Shown: piece after piece, positions 37,126-46,207 of the stretch | Position numbering within the stretch: the first letter of the stretch is position 1 | Layout of the letters: every line of letters starts with the position of its first letter | Assembly (NCBI GenBank): GCA_964416315.1 | Contig: CAYQDR010000001.1 | Span: forward strand, 24,639-88,638 | DNA length: 64,000 bases | Direction: 5' to 3' | Source: an uncultured bacterium | Lineage (GTDB): Bacteria > Methylomirabilota > Methylomirabilia > Rokubacteriales > DASRDR01 | Translations under genes and position numbers: made by a program | Notes under the pieces: generated by a model | The model's input: only the letters and a program-made list of their open reading frames with translations | Databases searched by the model: none | Told to the model about the DNA's origin: nothing

Positions 37126-37385
37126 TGATCCGCACCCAGCTGTACCTGGACGAGCAGATTCACTCGCGCCTGCGGGATCTCGCGCGAAAGCAGGGACGGA
37201 CGATCTCCGAGCTGGTCCGCGACGCCCTGGCGAGGACCTACGGGACGACCGGCCCCAACGAGCTCCTAGCGTCCCTGCGCGCCGTCTCGGGCTTATGGAA
37301 AGATCGAGAGGACATCGGCGACACCCGAGAGTACGTGAGGCGCCTGCGTCGGGATACGCGCCGCATGCGGCGCCTCAGCCGGTAG
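37125..37385 (+). CDS. CopG/RHH antitoxin (VapB-type)
   Basis: VIRTQLYLDEQIHSRLRDLARKQGRTISELVRDAL. Confidence 0.85.
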   Translation: MIRTQLYLDEQIHSRLRDLARKQGRTISELVRDALARTYGTTGPNELLASLRAVSGLWKDREDIGDTREYVRRLRRDTRRMRRLSR

Positions 37386-37768
37386 CGGGCGTCCTCCTCG
37401 ACACCGACGTCATCATCGAGGTCTTGCGCGGCCGCCGCGCTGTCCCCGAGAGTCTCGCGGCGCTCGAGTCGGCGGGCGTGCGCACGTACACCTGCGCCGT
37501 TTCCTGGGCGGAGGTCTACGCGGGGATCCGGCCCGGGGAGGAGGTCCTCACCGAAGCGTTCCTCGGGCGCCGCGCCGAGGTCGTCATCGACGCCACCGCC
37601 GGCAGGCGGGCGGGGCAATACCTGGCGCGATACTCCAGGACCCACGGCGTCGAGATCGCCGATGCGCTCGTCGCGGCCGCGGCGACCACCGCGGGACTCT
37701 CCCTGTGGACGCTCAACCGCCGGCACTACCCGATGCCCGACATCCAGTTCCACGGGCCGGGCCCCTAG
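37382..37768 (+). CDS. vapC: PIN-domain toxin (VapC); start codon unclear
   Basis: LLDTDVIIE, SWAEVYAG, ADALVAA and TLNRRHYP motifs; expected start position reads GTA. Confidence 0.8.
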   Translation, partial: VAGVLLDTDVIIEVLRGRRAVPESLAALESAGVRTYTCAVSWAEVYAGIRPGEEVLTEAFLGRRAEVVIDATAGRRAGQYLARYSRTHGVEIADALVAAAATTAGLSLWTLNRRHYPMPDIQFHGPGP

Positions 37769-37816
37769 CCGCCTCGGCAAATCCTGGGCACACGACAGCC
37801 TCGCGGGGCCGGGCGC

Positions 37817-37897
37817 TCACCGGGCGAGGCGCGCCCGCGTGGCCTCGACCTGGGCGATGTGCTCGAGGTCGTGCTCGGCCAGGTAACGGGCATAGCC
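37817..37897 (-). pseudogene. C-terminal stub of a DinB-like protein
   Basis: GYARYLAEHDLEHIAQVEATRARLAR*. Confidence 0.45.
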
Positions 37898-37952
37898 GGG
37901 CCGGCCGAGCGCCCGCGGACCACCGTGCCCCGCGGGCGCTCGCGGCGCCGAC

Positions 37953-39689
37953 CTATGCCCGCTCGACGATGTAGAGGTGGGAGAGCATGTCCACGTAGAT
38001 GTTGCCCCACACCACGAGTTCGCCGGCCCTGTTCTTCTCGATGCCGCGCACCTTCGGCTTCGCGGCCGCGTAGCGCACGACCCACGCCACCGGGACGTAG
38101 CCGACGTCGCTCTGCATGATCTCCTCGGCCTTCAGGTAGTGCTCGAGGCGCTTCTTGACATCCCGCGTGTCGCGGCCGGCCTCGAGCTCCTTGTCGAAGG
38201 CCTCGTTCGACCACGCCTGGCGCTTGCCGGTCGTCCGCTTCGAGTAGAACGTGTCGAAGTACTCGTTGTGAGGATCCGGGTAATCCATGAACCAGCGGAT
38301 CCAGACGAGCTGGAGGTCCTGCTTCCACAGCCGCTCGCGGAACACGCGCGGCTCCAGCACCTCGAGCTCGGTCTTCATGTTGAGGTTCTCGAGCAGCACG
38401 GCCTGGACCGCCTCGGCCATGGGCTTGGACTGGAGCGCTTCGTCCCGCATGGACAGGACGATCTTCGGCCAGCTTTTGCCGCCCTCGTAGGGCGTGCCCC
38501 TGAGCATCGACATCGCGAGCTTCGCGTCGAACTTCTGGAGCTCCCTGGTCTTCTTGTCGTCGATGAACCCGGGAAAGCCAGGCGGGATCATGCAATGCGC
38601 CGGGATCGAGAAGCCCTGGGCGACTTTGGCCACGGCCTCCCGGTCCACGGCGTGGGCCACCGCCTGCCGGACCTTCAGGTTGTCGAACGGCGGCTTGGTC
38701 ACCTGGGGCGTGAGGTACCAGGTACCGGGGAACGGGTAACGGAAGACCTCCTTGGAGGTCTTCGGGTCACCCTGGAGGCGCCTGAGGTCGGCGGCCTGGA
38801 GGGCCGTCATGTCGAGCTCGTTGTTCTCGTAGGGCAGGGCGCCGGACTGCACCGGGATGATCGGGATGATCACCCGCTCGAGCGTCACGTTCTTGGCGTC
38901 GAAGAAGCGCGGGTTCTTCCGGAGGACGATCTGCTTGTTGTGCTCCCACGCCTCGAGGACGAACGGACCGTTCGAGACGAGGTTACCGGCCTCGGTCCAC
39001 TTGTCCCCGTGCTTCTCGATCGACGGGCGGTGGCCCGGAAGGGCGGCGAGGTACGCGGCGAGGACCGGGAAGTAACCCCGCGGGCCCTCCAGCGTCACCT
39101 CGAGCGTCCAGTCGTCCTTCGCGCGGACGCCCACCTGTGAGGCGTCCGTGAGCTGCCCCTTGTTGAACGCCTCGCCGTTCTTGATGTCGTAGAGGAACGC
39201 GGCGTAGGGCGCCTTCGAGGCGGGGTCGAGCTGGCGCTTCCAGGAGTACTCGAAGTCCCGGGCCCCGCACGGGCTGTTGTCGGACCAGCGGGAGTCCTTC
39301 CGGATCTGGAAGGTCCACACCGAGCCGTCCTGGTTGGAGGTGACTTTGCTGGCGACATAGGGAACCGCCAGGAAGTCGGCGTTGAACTCCATCAGGCCCG
39401 CCCACAGGTCCGGCACGCCCCCGCAGTAGAGGTCCTTGTTGAAGTCGTGGCTCGCCGGGTCGTTCTGGAACCAGCCCCCGCCGCCCAGCCGGATGACCTG
39501 CTCCCTGGCGAGCTTCTCGCCCGGCGCGAGCTTGGGAGCTGCCGAGGCGCGGCGCGCGTTGAAGCCGGCCGCGCCGAGTGTGGCGAGCCCGGCGGCGACC
39601 CGGAGGAAGTCGCGCCGGTCGAGGCCGACCGCACCGAGGCGCTCGGCGAGCAGCTCCATCTGTCTGTCGGAGATGTGAGGGCGCTTCAT
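37953..39689 (-). CDS. Oligopeptide ABC solute-binding protein (OppA type), Tat-like signal
   Basis: RRDFLR; YSWKRQLDP, VSNGPF and NLKVRQA motifs. Confidence 0.9.
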   Translation of the reverse strand: MKRPHISDRQMELLAERLGAVGLDRRDFLRVAAGLATLGAAGFNARRASAAPKLAPGEKLAREQVIRLGGGGWFQNDPASHDFNKDLYCGGVPDLWAGLMEFNADFLAVPYVASKVTSNQDGSVWTFQIRKDSRWSDNSPCGARDFEYSWKRQLDPASKAPYAAFLYDIKNGEAFNKGQLTDASQVGVRAKDDWTLEVTLEGPRGYFPVLAAYLAALPGHRPSIEKHGDKWTEAGNLVSNGPFVLEAWEHNKQIVLRKNPRFFDAKNVTLERVIIPIIPVQSGALPYENNELDMTALQAADLRRLQGDPKTSKEVFRYPFPGTWYLTPQVTKPPFDNLKVRQAVAHAVDREAVAKVAQGFSIPAHCMIPPGFPGFIDDKKTRELQKFDAKLAMSMLRGTPYEGGKSWPKIVLSMRDEALQSKPMAEAVQAVLLENLNMKTELEVLEPRVFRERLWKQDLQLVWIRWFMDYPDPHNEYFDTFYSKRTTGKRQAWSNEAFDKELEAGRDTRDVKKRLEHYLKAEEIMQSDVGYVPVAWVVRYAAAKPKVRGIEKNRAGELVVWGNIYVDMLSHLYIVERA

Positions 39690-39718
39690 GTCATGCCTCC
39701 TTCCGTTTGGCGTGAGTC

Positions 39719-40645
39719 TCACTTGAGCTTGGGGTCCAGCGCGTCCCGCACGCCGTCCCCAAGAAACGTGAACGACAGCATCGTCACCGCGATCGCGATG
39801 GACGGGAAGACGCAGAGGTGCCAGTACGTCCGGAGGTATTGCTGGCCCTCGCCCACCATCTGCCCCCAGGACGGGGTCGGCGGGTTGATTCCCACGCCGA
39901 TGAACGAGAGCGCCGCCTCCGTGAAGATCGCCTGCGGGATCCCGAACGTCACCGCCACGATGATCGGGGTCAGCGCGTTCGGCAGGACGTGGCGGACCAG
40001 GACGCGACCGAACCCGCCGCCGAGCGCCCGCGCGCCCTCGACGAACTCCTTCTCCTTCAGGGCCAGGACCTGGGCGCGCGTCTGCCGGGCGATGCCCACC
40101 CAGCCCGTCAACCCGATGGCAATGAAGATGTTCATGAGCCCGGCACCGAGCATCGACATGACCAGGATCACGAAGAGGAGGTTCGGGAAGGCGTACATGA
40201 CGTCCACGAGCCGCATCAGGACGAGGTCGGTGCGGCCGCCGAGGTAGCCCGAGAGCGCGCCGATCGGCACGCCCAGCAGGACCACGATGACCTGCGCGCC
40301 GAGGCCCACGATCATCGAGATCCGCGCCCCGTAGATCATCCGCGAGAGCATGTCGCGGCCGAGCTGGTCGGTGCCGAAGGGATAGTCGCGCGAGGGTGCC
40401 TCGTTGAGGCGGCCGAAGTTCGTCTTGGTGTACGAGTAGGGGGCGATGGCGTCGGCGAGGACCGCGAGGAGGATGAGGCCGATGACGACCGTGCCGCCGA
40501 CGACGGCGAGGCGGTTCCGGAGGAGGCGCCTGAAGGCGTCCCGCCAGAGGCTCGATGATCGAATCTCGCCGACGCGCGCGAGGGCCGGGACGGCGATCGC
40601 GCCGGCGCGGAGGTCAGTACCTGATGCGGGGGTCGAGAGCGCCAT
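39719..40645 (-). CDS. Oligopeptide ABC permease OppC type
   Basis: PFGTDQLGRDMLSR, EFVEGARALG and PSWGQM motifs; start overlaps the upstream gene by 32 nt. Confidence 0.9.
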   Translation of the reverse strand: MALSTPASGTDLRAGAIAVPALARVGEIRSSSLWRDAFRRLLRNRLAVVGGTVVIGLILLAVLADAIAPYSYTKTNFGRLNEAPSRDYPFGTDQLGRDMLSRMIYGARISMIVGLGAQVIVVLLGVPIGALSGYLGGRTDLVLMRLVDVMYAFPNLLFVILVMSMLGAGLMNIFIAIGLTGWVGIARQTRAQVLALKEKEFVEGARALGGGFGRVLVRHVLPNALTPIIVAVTFGIPQAIFTEAALSFIGVGINPPTPSWGQMVGEGQQYLRTYWHLCVFPSIAIAVTMLSFTFLGDGVRDALDPKLK

Positions 40646-41540
40646 AGATCAGGTCCACGACCAGGTTCATGACGGCCAGGAACGCGCCGTAGGTCAGCAC
40701 GACGGCCATGATCATCGGGTAATCGCGACCCGTCATCGAGAGCACGAAGAAGCGTCCCATCCCCGGGACGCGGAAGATGGCCTCCACGAAGAACGAGCCT
40801 GTCCCGATGGCGGCGAAGAGCGGCCCGAGGAGCGTCACGACCGGGATGAGGGCGTTCTTCAGCGCGTGCTTGAAGATGACCGGGGCCTCCGCCAGCCCCT
40901 TCGAGCGGGCCGTCAGCGTGTAGTCGGCCCGGATGACGTCGAGCATGCTCGCCCGGGTGTAGCGCGCGATGATGCCCATCGGCCCGAGCGCGAGGGTCAG
41001 CGTCGGAAGCACCCAGTTCCGCGGCGAGTCCCACCCGCCCGTCGGGAAGAGCGGCAGGACGAACGAGAAGAGGATGATGGCGAACACCGCCATGACGAAG
41101 TTCGGCACGGCGACGCCGAAGGTCGCGAGGCTCACCGAGACGTAGTCCCACGCGCGGTTCTGGTGCACGGCGGCGAGGATCCCCAGCGTGAGGCCCCCCG
41201 TCACCGCGACGACGAACGCCATCGAGCCGAGGAGGAGGGACACGGGGAACGTCTGGAGGATGATCTCGCTGACCGTCCGGGTCTTGTAGACGAACGACAT
41301 CCCGAAGTCGCCGCGGAGCGCCTTGCCGACGAAGATGAGGAACTGCTGATGGAGCGGCTTGTCGAGGCCGTACGCCTTGGCGAGGTTTCGCTGCACGTCC
41401 GGCGGCAGGGGATTGGCGCCCTCCGCCACGGGGTCGAGCGGGCTCCCCGGCGTGGCGTGCATGACCAGGAAGGTCACGAGCGCCATCGCCAGGAGGGTCG
41501 GGACGAGCCACAGAGCGCGCGCGGCCGCGTACTGGAACAA
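40614..41540 (-). CDS. Oligopeptide ABC permease OppB type
   Basis: GDFGMSF, DYTLTARSKG, HALKNALIP and RDYPMIM motifs; TTG start. Confidence 0.9.
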   Translation of the reverse strand: MFQYAAARALWLVPTLLAMALVTFLVMHATPGSPLDPVAEGANPLPPDVQRNLAKAYGLDKPLHQQFLIFVGKALRGDFGMSFVYKTRTVSEIILQTFPVSLLLGSMAFVVAVTGGLTLGILAAVHQNRAWDYVSVSLATFGVAVPNFVMAVFAIILFSFVLPLFPTGGWDSPRNWVLPTLTLALGPMGIIARYTRASMLDVIRADYTLTARSKGLAEAPVIFKHALKNALIPVVTLLGPLFAAIGTGSFFVEAIFRVPGMGRFFVLSMTGRDYPMIMAVVLTYGAFLAVMNLVVDLIYGALDPRIRY

Positions 41541-41659
41541 GTCAATCCCCGGGTGCCCCTACTATCGTTAAACGGGCCTCGGGGGTCAAGACCGCCCTCA
41601 CGGCCTCGCGCCCGGTGCGGTCCGGCCCGTGGGTCAGGCCTGCTCCAACCACGAAGCGG

Positions 41660-42055
41660 CTAGGGATGGATCACCTGCAGTCCCAGGACCTGCTCGAAGT
41701 GGTCGAAGTCGCGGTCGTTATGGAGCAGCGCGTGACCGTTGAGCAGGCAGAAGGTGGCGATCAGCCCGTCGATCGTCGCTCGCACCGTTCGACCTCGAGC
41801 TCGCAGGGCCCGGTAGCTCCGTGCGGTCGCCACGGCCAGCTCGACTCCCCCGGTGGGGAACACTTCGAGCTTGAGGAGTTCGTTCTCGACCTCGGAGGAC
41901 CGTGCCTCGCCTCGAATGCCTTGCAGGACCTCGCACAGGATGAGGTCGGTGATCCCGAGGCGGCGGCGCTCCACCTCGCGATGGAGCCAGTCCGTTTCCC
42001 GGGTCGGTTTTCCGTTCAGGTAGTCGACCCAGACGGTCGTGTCGACGATGAGCAC
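41660..42055 (-). CDS. vapC: PIN-domain toxin (VapC)
   Basis: LIVDTTVWVD, ILCEVLQG, IDGLIA and LLHNDRDF motifs. Confidence 0.9.
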   Translation of the reverse strand: MLIVDTTVWVDYLNGKPTRETDWLHREVERRRLGITDLILCEVLQGIRGEARSSEVENELLKLEVFPTGGVELAVATARSYRALRARGRTVRATIDGLIATFCLLNGHALLHNDRDFDHFEQVLGLQVIHP

Positions 42056-42064
42056 GCCGCGACG

Positions 42065-42265
42065 CTACCCGATGCGGCTGGCGCGCATCCGCTCCAGGTT
42101 CCCCTTCCAGGCGACCCTGCCGCGGAGCCGCCGGACGCCCGTCTGGGCCTTGACCTGGATGAGCAAGCGGAGCCCTGCCTCGACGACGGCCCGCTTCGTG
42201 TCCAGCCCGCTCGCCTTCATGGCGTCCCGCATCAACCGGTCGTCGATCACGATGTTGGTGCGCAT
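42065..42265 (-). CDS. vapB: VapB antitoxin
   Basis: MRTNIVIDDRLM...TKRAVVEAGL; GGAGG RBS. Confidence 0.9.
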   Translation of the reverse strand: MRTNIVIDDRLMRDAMKASGLDTKRAVVEAGLRLLIQVKAQTGVRRLRGRVAWKGNLERMRASRIG

Positions 42266-42283
42266 GCGACCTCCCCGTCTCCG

Positions 42284-42321
42284 GATGTGTATAGACTAGC
42301 ACTCTGATGTGTATTCGTCCA
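42284..42321 (-). promoter_or_regulatory. vapBC promoter with two ATACACATC direct repeats
   Basis: TGGACG-N17-TAGTCT; repeats at 42306-42314 and 42284-42292 flank the -10. Confidence 0.6.
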
Positions 42322-42504
42322 TGTCGGCGGCAGGCATGTGGTGGCGATGCGCCGTGCTGCGCCCATGCTTGGAGCGGTTCCTGACCGGACCTGCCGGCGG
42401 ACCCTTGCCTTGACCACGTCGCGCCCCGGGCTAGGCTGGCCCACTCTCAGACCGCAGCGGCTGCAGGCCCGTGTGCTCCTCACGTTCACCGAAGGAGGTC
42501 GATC

Positions 42505-42651
42505 ATGCCGCACTACCTGAGCGACGACGAGTTGAGGCGAGTGGCCCCCGCGGAGCTCGCGACCTTCAAGGGGCCGGTCCCGACCCAGATCGTCTCGAAC
42601 GGCGAGTTCAACCCGCCGCCCCAGACCCGCGAGCAGCGAATGCTTGAGTGA
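42505..42651 (+). pseudogene. N-terminal stub of an amidohydrolase-family protein
   Basis: GAAGGAGGT RBS; MPHYLSDDELRRVAPAEL...PTQIVSNGEFNPPPQTREQR then early stop; not in the ORF track. Confidence 0.55.
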
Positions 42652-42860
42652 AACGCTCGACTTGTCAATCCCCGGGCGTATGCAATCGGATACACCCGGG
42701 GTCGCAGCATGGGACTGTGACTGGAATCCTCGCGTGGTGTGTCCGACCCACGAGCCGTTCGGTCTCCTTCTCGTTTCGCCGAGCGTGCGGGCGGTGCCGC
42801 TCACGCATCGGAAGCTCCGTCGGCCCCCCAGCTTGCGCGCCGCGGTCGGGTGTGGTAGCC

Positions 42861-43718
42861 GTGTCGGGAGCGATCCGCCCCGCTCCAGGTACACCGTTGA
42901 AGGTCACGCTCCTCGGGACCGGCTGTCCGCCACCGAACCCGCGGCGCCGCGGGCCGGCGACGTTGTGTGCCCATGACGCGGCGCGGGTCCTCGTGGACGC
43001 GGGCTCGGGGGTGGCGGCGCGGCTGGCCGAGGCCGGGGTCCGCGCGGTGGACCTCGAGCGGGCGTTCCTGACCCACCTCCATTCCGATCATGTCGTCGAT
43101 CTCGGGCATCTCGTCCTCAGCCGCTGGATCATCGGCCAGAACCGCCCGCTCGAGGTCTATGGCCCGGCCGGCACGCGCGCCCACGTCGAGAGGGTCCTCG
43201 CGCTCTGGGAGTGGGACGTCGAGGTCCGGCGGTCCCACATGCACGACCGCGAGCCGCCCCGGGTCGAAGTCACGGAGATCGAGGAGGGTCGCGTGTTCTC
43301 GGGTGGCGGGCTGACGGTCACCGCCTTCGCCGTCGAGCACGAGCCCGTCAAGCCGGCCTTTGGCTTCGTCGTCGAGGGTGGTGGCCGGCGGGTCGTGATC
43401 TCGGGGGACACGCGCCCGTGCGAGAACCTGATCCGCCACGCCCGCAGCGCGGACGTGCTGATCCACGAGTGCACGGACGCGACCAAGGCGGCCTGGTCGC
43501 CGGGCTGCGGCTGGCCGTCCCGCGAGGCGAAGGTCCGTGACCTCGCGAGCTACCACACGGGGCCGGACGAGGTCGGCAAGGTGGCCGCGCGGGCGACCGC
43601 CGCAACGCTGATCCTCACACACCTGATGCCCGGCTCCGACCCCGCCGACCTGTCGGCCCGCGCCGCGCGGGACTTCTCCGGGAAGATCGTCGTCGGCGAA
43701 GACCTCATGGAAGTGTGA
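42861..43718 (+). CDS. MBL-fold hydrolase (RNase Z/AtsA-like)
   Basis: VTLLGTG, VLVDAGSG, THLHSDH, ISGDT, LIHE and LTHL motifs; start uncertain (GTG 42861 or TTG 42897). Confidence 0.85.
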   Translation: MSGAIRPAPGTPLKVTLLGTGCPPPNPRRRGPATLCAHDAARVLVDAGSGVAARLAEAGVRAVDLERAFLTHLHSDHVVDLGHLVLSRWIIGQNRPLEVYGPAGTRAHVERVLALWEWDVEVRRSHMHDREPPRVEVTEIEEGRVFSGGGLTVTAFAVEHEPVKPAFGFVVEGGGRRVVISGDTRPCENLIRHARSADVLIHECTDATKAAWSPGCGWPSREAKVRDLASYHTGPDEVGKVAARATAATLILTHLMPGSDPADLSARAARDFSGKIVVGEDLMEV

Positions 43719-43737
43719 AGCTCACAGGGAGGAGAGC

Positions 43738-44730
43738 ATGGCGCTGATCGATGTCCACAACCACATCCTCTCGAAGGCCTGGGTGGACCTCCTGGCGGCA
43801 TACGGCGGCCAGCGGTACCAGATCGGCAAGGATTCCGAGGGCCGGACGATCGTCCTCCGCAAGGGCGCGCGGTTCCTCGGCCTGACCGACGCGATGTTCG
43901 ACCCGGAGATGCGGCTGAAGGCCATGGACGCGGTCGGCGTCGAGCTCGAGCTGCTCTCCTACACCTGCCCGAACTGCTACTGGGCCGACGGGAAGGCGGC
44001 GGAGACGGTCGTCCGGGCGATGAACGACCACCTGGCGGAGGTCTGCGCGCGGTGGCCGGACCGGTTCCGGGGGCTCGGGAGCCTCCCGATGCAGGACGTG
44101 GACCTCGCGTTGAAGGAGCTGGAGCGGGCGGTGGACCAGCTCGGGATGGTCGGATTCATCATCCTGGCGAACGTGAACGAGACGCCGCTCGACGACCCGC
44201 GCTTCGAGCCGGTCTGGGCGGCGCTCAACGCCCGCCGGCTGCCGGTCCTGCTCCACCCGACCGTGCCGCCCGGCGTCGAGGCGATGGGCATGGACCGCTT
44301 CGGCCTCGTCCCCTCGATCGGGTTCATGATCGACACGACGCTCGCCGTCACGCGCATGGTCCTCGCCGGCGTCTTCGAGCGCTACCCCGACTGGCCGGTG
44401 ATCGTGGGCCACGCGGGCGCGACGCTGCCCTTCCTCGCCGGCCGGCTCGACCAGTGCCACCGCTTCATCCCCGAGACGCGCGCGCAGACCTCGAAGCCGC
44501 CTTCGGAGTACCTCAGGCGGCTCTACTACGACACGGTCACGTACGACGTGAACGCGCTCTGGCTCGCCTACAAGCTCGCGGGGCCCCAGCGGCTGCTCTA
44601 CGGGAGCGACTACCCGCACATCATCGGGGACATGAAGGGGTGCGCGGCGCGGATCGAGCAGCTCGAGATCCCGGAGTCGGAGAAGGCGCTGATCCGGTCG
44701 GGGAACGCGAAGCGGCTGTTCCGGCTGTAG
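43738..44730 (+). CDS. Amidohydrolase_2 family protein (ACMSD/decarboxylase-like)
   Basis: IDVHNH, LLHP, GHAG, YYDT and YGSDYP motifs. Confidence 0.9.
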   Translation: MALIDVHNHILSKAWVDLLAAYGGQRYQIGKDSEGRTIVLRKGARFLGLTDAMFDPEMRLKAMDAVGVELELLSYTCPNCYWADGKAAETVVRAMNDHLAEVCARWPDRFRGLGSLPMQDVDLALKELERAVDQLGMVGFIILANVNETPLDDPRFEPVWAALNARRLPVLLHPTVPPGVEAMGMDRFGLVPSIGFMIDTTLAVTRMVLAGVFERYPDWPVIVGHAGATLPFLAGRLDQCHRFIPETRAQTSKPPSEYLRRLYYDTVTYDVNALWLAYKLAGPQRLLYGSDYPHIIGDMKGCAARIEQLEIPESEKALIRSGNAKRLFRL

Positions 44731-44758
44731 GGCCGCTTGCGTCCCCGCCGCGGGACGC

Positions 44759-44787
44759 TTGACAGGCTTCCCACGCATCCCTACTAT
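44759..44787 (+). promoter_or_regulatory. Near-consensus sigma70 promoter of the cox operon
   Basis: TTGACA-N17-TACTAT. Confidence 0.75.
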
Positions 44788-44852
44788 TCGCTCCGAGCGA
44801 CGCGTACGGTCTCGCCCGCGACCGCGTTCGACCGATCCGAGGGGGGACGACC

Positions 44853-45728
44853 ATGATCCCAGCCGCGTTCGACTATCACGCCCCGTCGTCGCTCGCCGAG
44901 GCCACCGCCCTCCTCGCGCGTCACGGAGAGGACGCGAAGGTCCTCTCGGGCGGGCAGAGCCTCATCCCGATGATGAAGCTCCGCCTCGCCAGCCCGCGGC
45001 ACCTCGTGGACATCAACCGCATCCCGGGGCTCGCCTACATCCGCGAAGCCGACGGAAGCTTGCGGATCGGCGCCCTCGCCCGCGAGGCGGACCTGGAGGA
45101 GTCGGATCTCGTCCGCACCCGCTATCCGATCCTCCTCGACGCCAGCCGGGTGATCGCCGACCCGCTGGTCCGAAACCTGGCGACCGTCTGCGGCAACCTG
45201 GCCCACGGGGATCCGGCCAACGACCATCCGGCCGCCATGCTCGCCCTCGGCGCCGAGCTGGTCGCGACGGGCCCGAAGGGGGAGCGGCGCATCGCGGTCG
45301 GCTCGTTCTTCACCGGGCCCTTCGCCACGACCCTCGCGCGGGACGAGATCCTCACGGAGGTCCGCGTCCCGGCGCCGCCGCCGCGGAGCGGCGGGGCGTA
45401 CCTGAAGCTCGAGCGCAAGGTCGGGGACTTCGCGACGGCCGCCGTCGCGGTCCAGGTGACGCTCGGCCTGGGCGGCGAGTGCGAGCGGGTCGGGATCGGT
45501 CTCACGAACGTGGGGCCGACCCCGATCGCGGCCCGGAAGGCCGAGGCGTTCCTCAAGGGGAAGCGGCCGGACGAGGCGGCGGTGAAACAAGCGGCGCAGC
45601 TCGCGGCCGAGGAGGCCCGCCCGGCGGCGGACCTCCGCGGACCGACCGAGTACAAGCGCGATCTCGTCCGGGTGTTGACGGCGCGCGCGCTCCGGAAGGC
45701 GCTCGAGCGCGCGCGCGGGGGGAGGTGA
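44853..45728 (+). CDS. coxM: CO dehydrogenase medium (FAD) subunit
   Basis: [39 protein letters not shown] motifs. Confidence 0.9.
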   Translation: MIPAAFDYHAPSSLAEATALLARHGEDAKVLSGGQSLIPMMKLRLASPRHLVDINRIPGLAYIREADGSLRIGALAREADLEESDLVRTRYPILLDASRVIADPLVRNLATVCGNLAHGDPANDHPAAMLALGAELVATGPKGERRIAVGSFFTGPFATTLARDEILTEVRVPAPPPRSGGAYLKLERKVGDFATAAVAVQVTLGLGGECERVGIGLTNVGPTPIAARKAEAFLKGKRPDEAAVKQAAQLAAEEARPAADLRGPTEYKRDLVRVLTARALRKALERARGGR

Positions 45729-45733
45729 GGGCC

Positions 45734-46207
45734 GTGCGCGTCGGGGTGACCGTCAACGGCGAGAAGCGCGAGGCCGACGTGGAGCCCCGGCTCCTCCTGG
45801 TGCACCTCCTCCGGGAGGTGTTCCGGCTGACCGGGACGCACATCGGCTGCGACACGACCCACTGCGGCGCGTGCACCGTCCTCCTCGAGGGGAGGCCTGT
45901 CAAGTCGTGCACGGTCTTCGCCGTCCAGGCCGACGGGAAGGAGCTGATGACCGTCGAGGGGCTCGAGCAGGACGGGAAGCTGCACCCGCTCCAGGAGGGG
46001 TTCTGGCAGGAGCACGGCCTCCAGTGCGGCTACTGCACCCCGGGGATGCTCATGACCGGCTACGCGTTCCTCCGGAAGCATCCGAAGCCGACGGAGGACG
46101 AGATCCGGTGGGCGATCTCCGGCAACCTCTGCCGGTGCACCGGCTACGTGAACATCGTCAAGGCCGTGCAGTACGCGGCCGCGAAGCTGTCGCAGGGAGG
46201 AGCATGA
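45734..46207 (+). CDS. coxS: CO dehydrogenase small (2Fe-2S) subunit
   Basis: [19 protein letters not shown] and NLCRCTGY motifs. Confidence 0.9.
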   Translation: MRVGVTVNGEKREADVEPRLLLVHLLREVFRLTGTHIGCDTTHCGACTVLLEGRPVKSCTVFAVQADGKELMTVEGLEQDGKLHPLQEGFWQEHGLQCGYCTPGMLMTGYAFLRKHPKPTEDEIRWAISGNLCRCTGYVNIVKAVQYAAAKLSQGGA

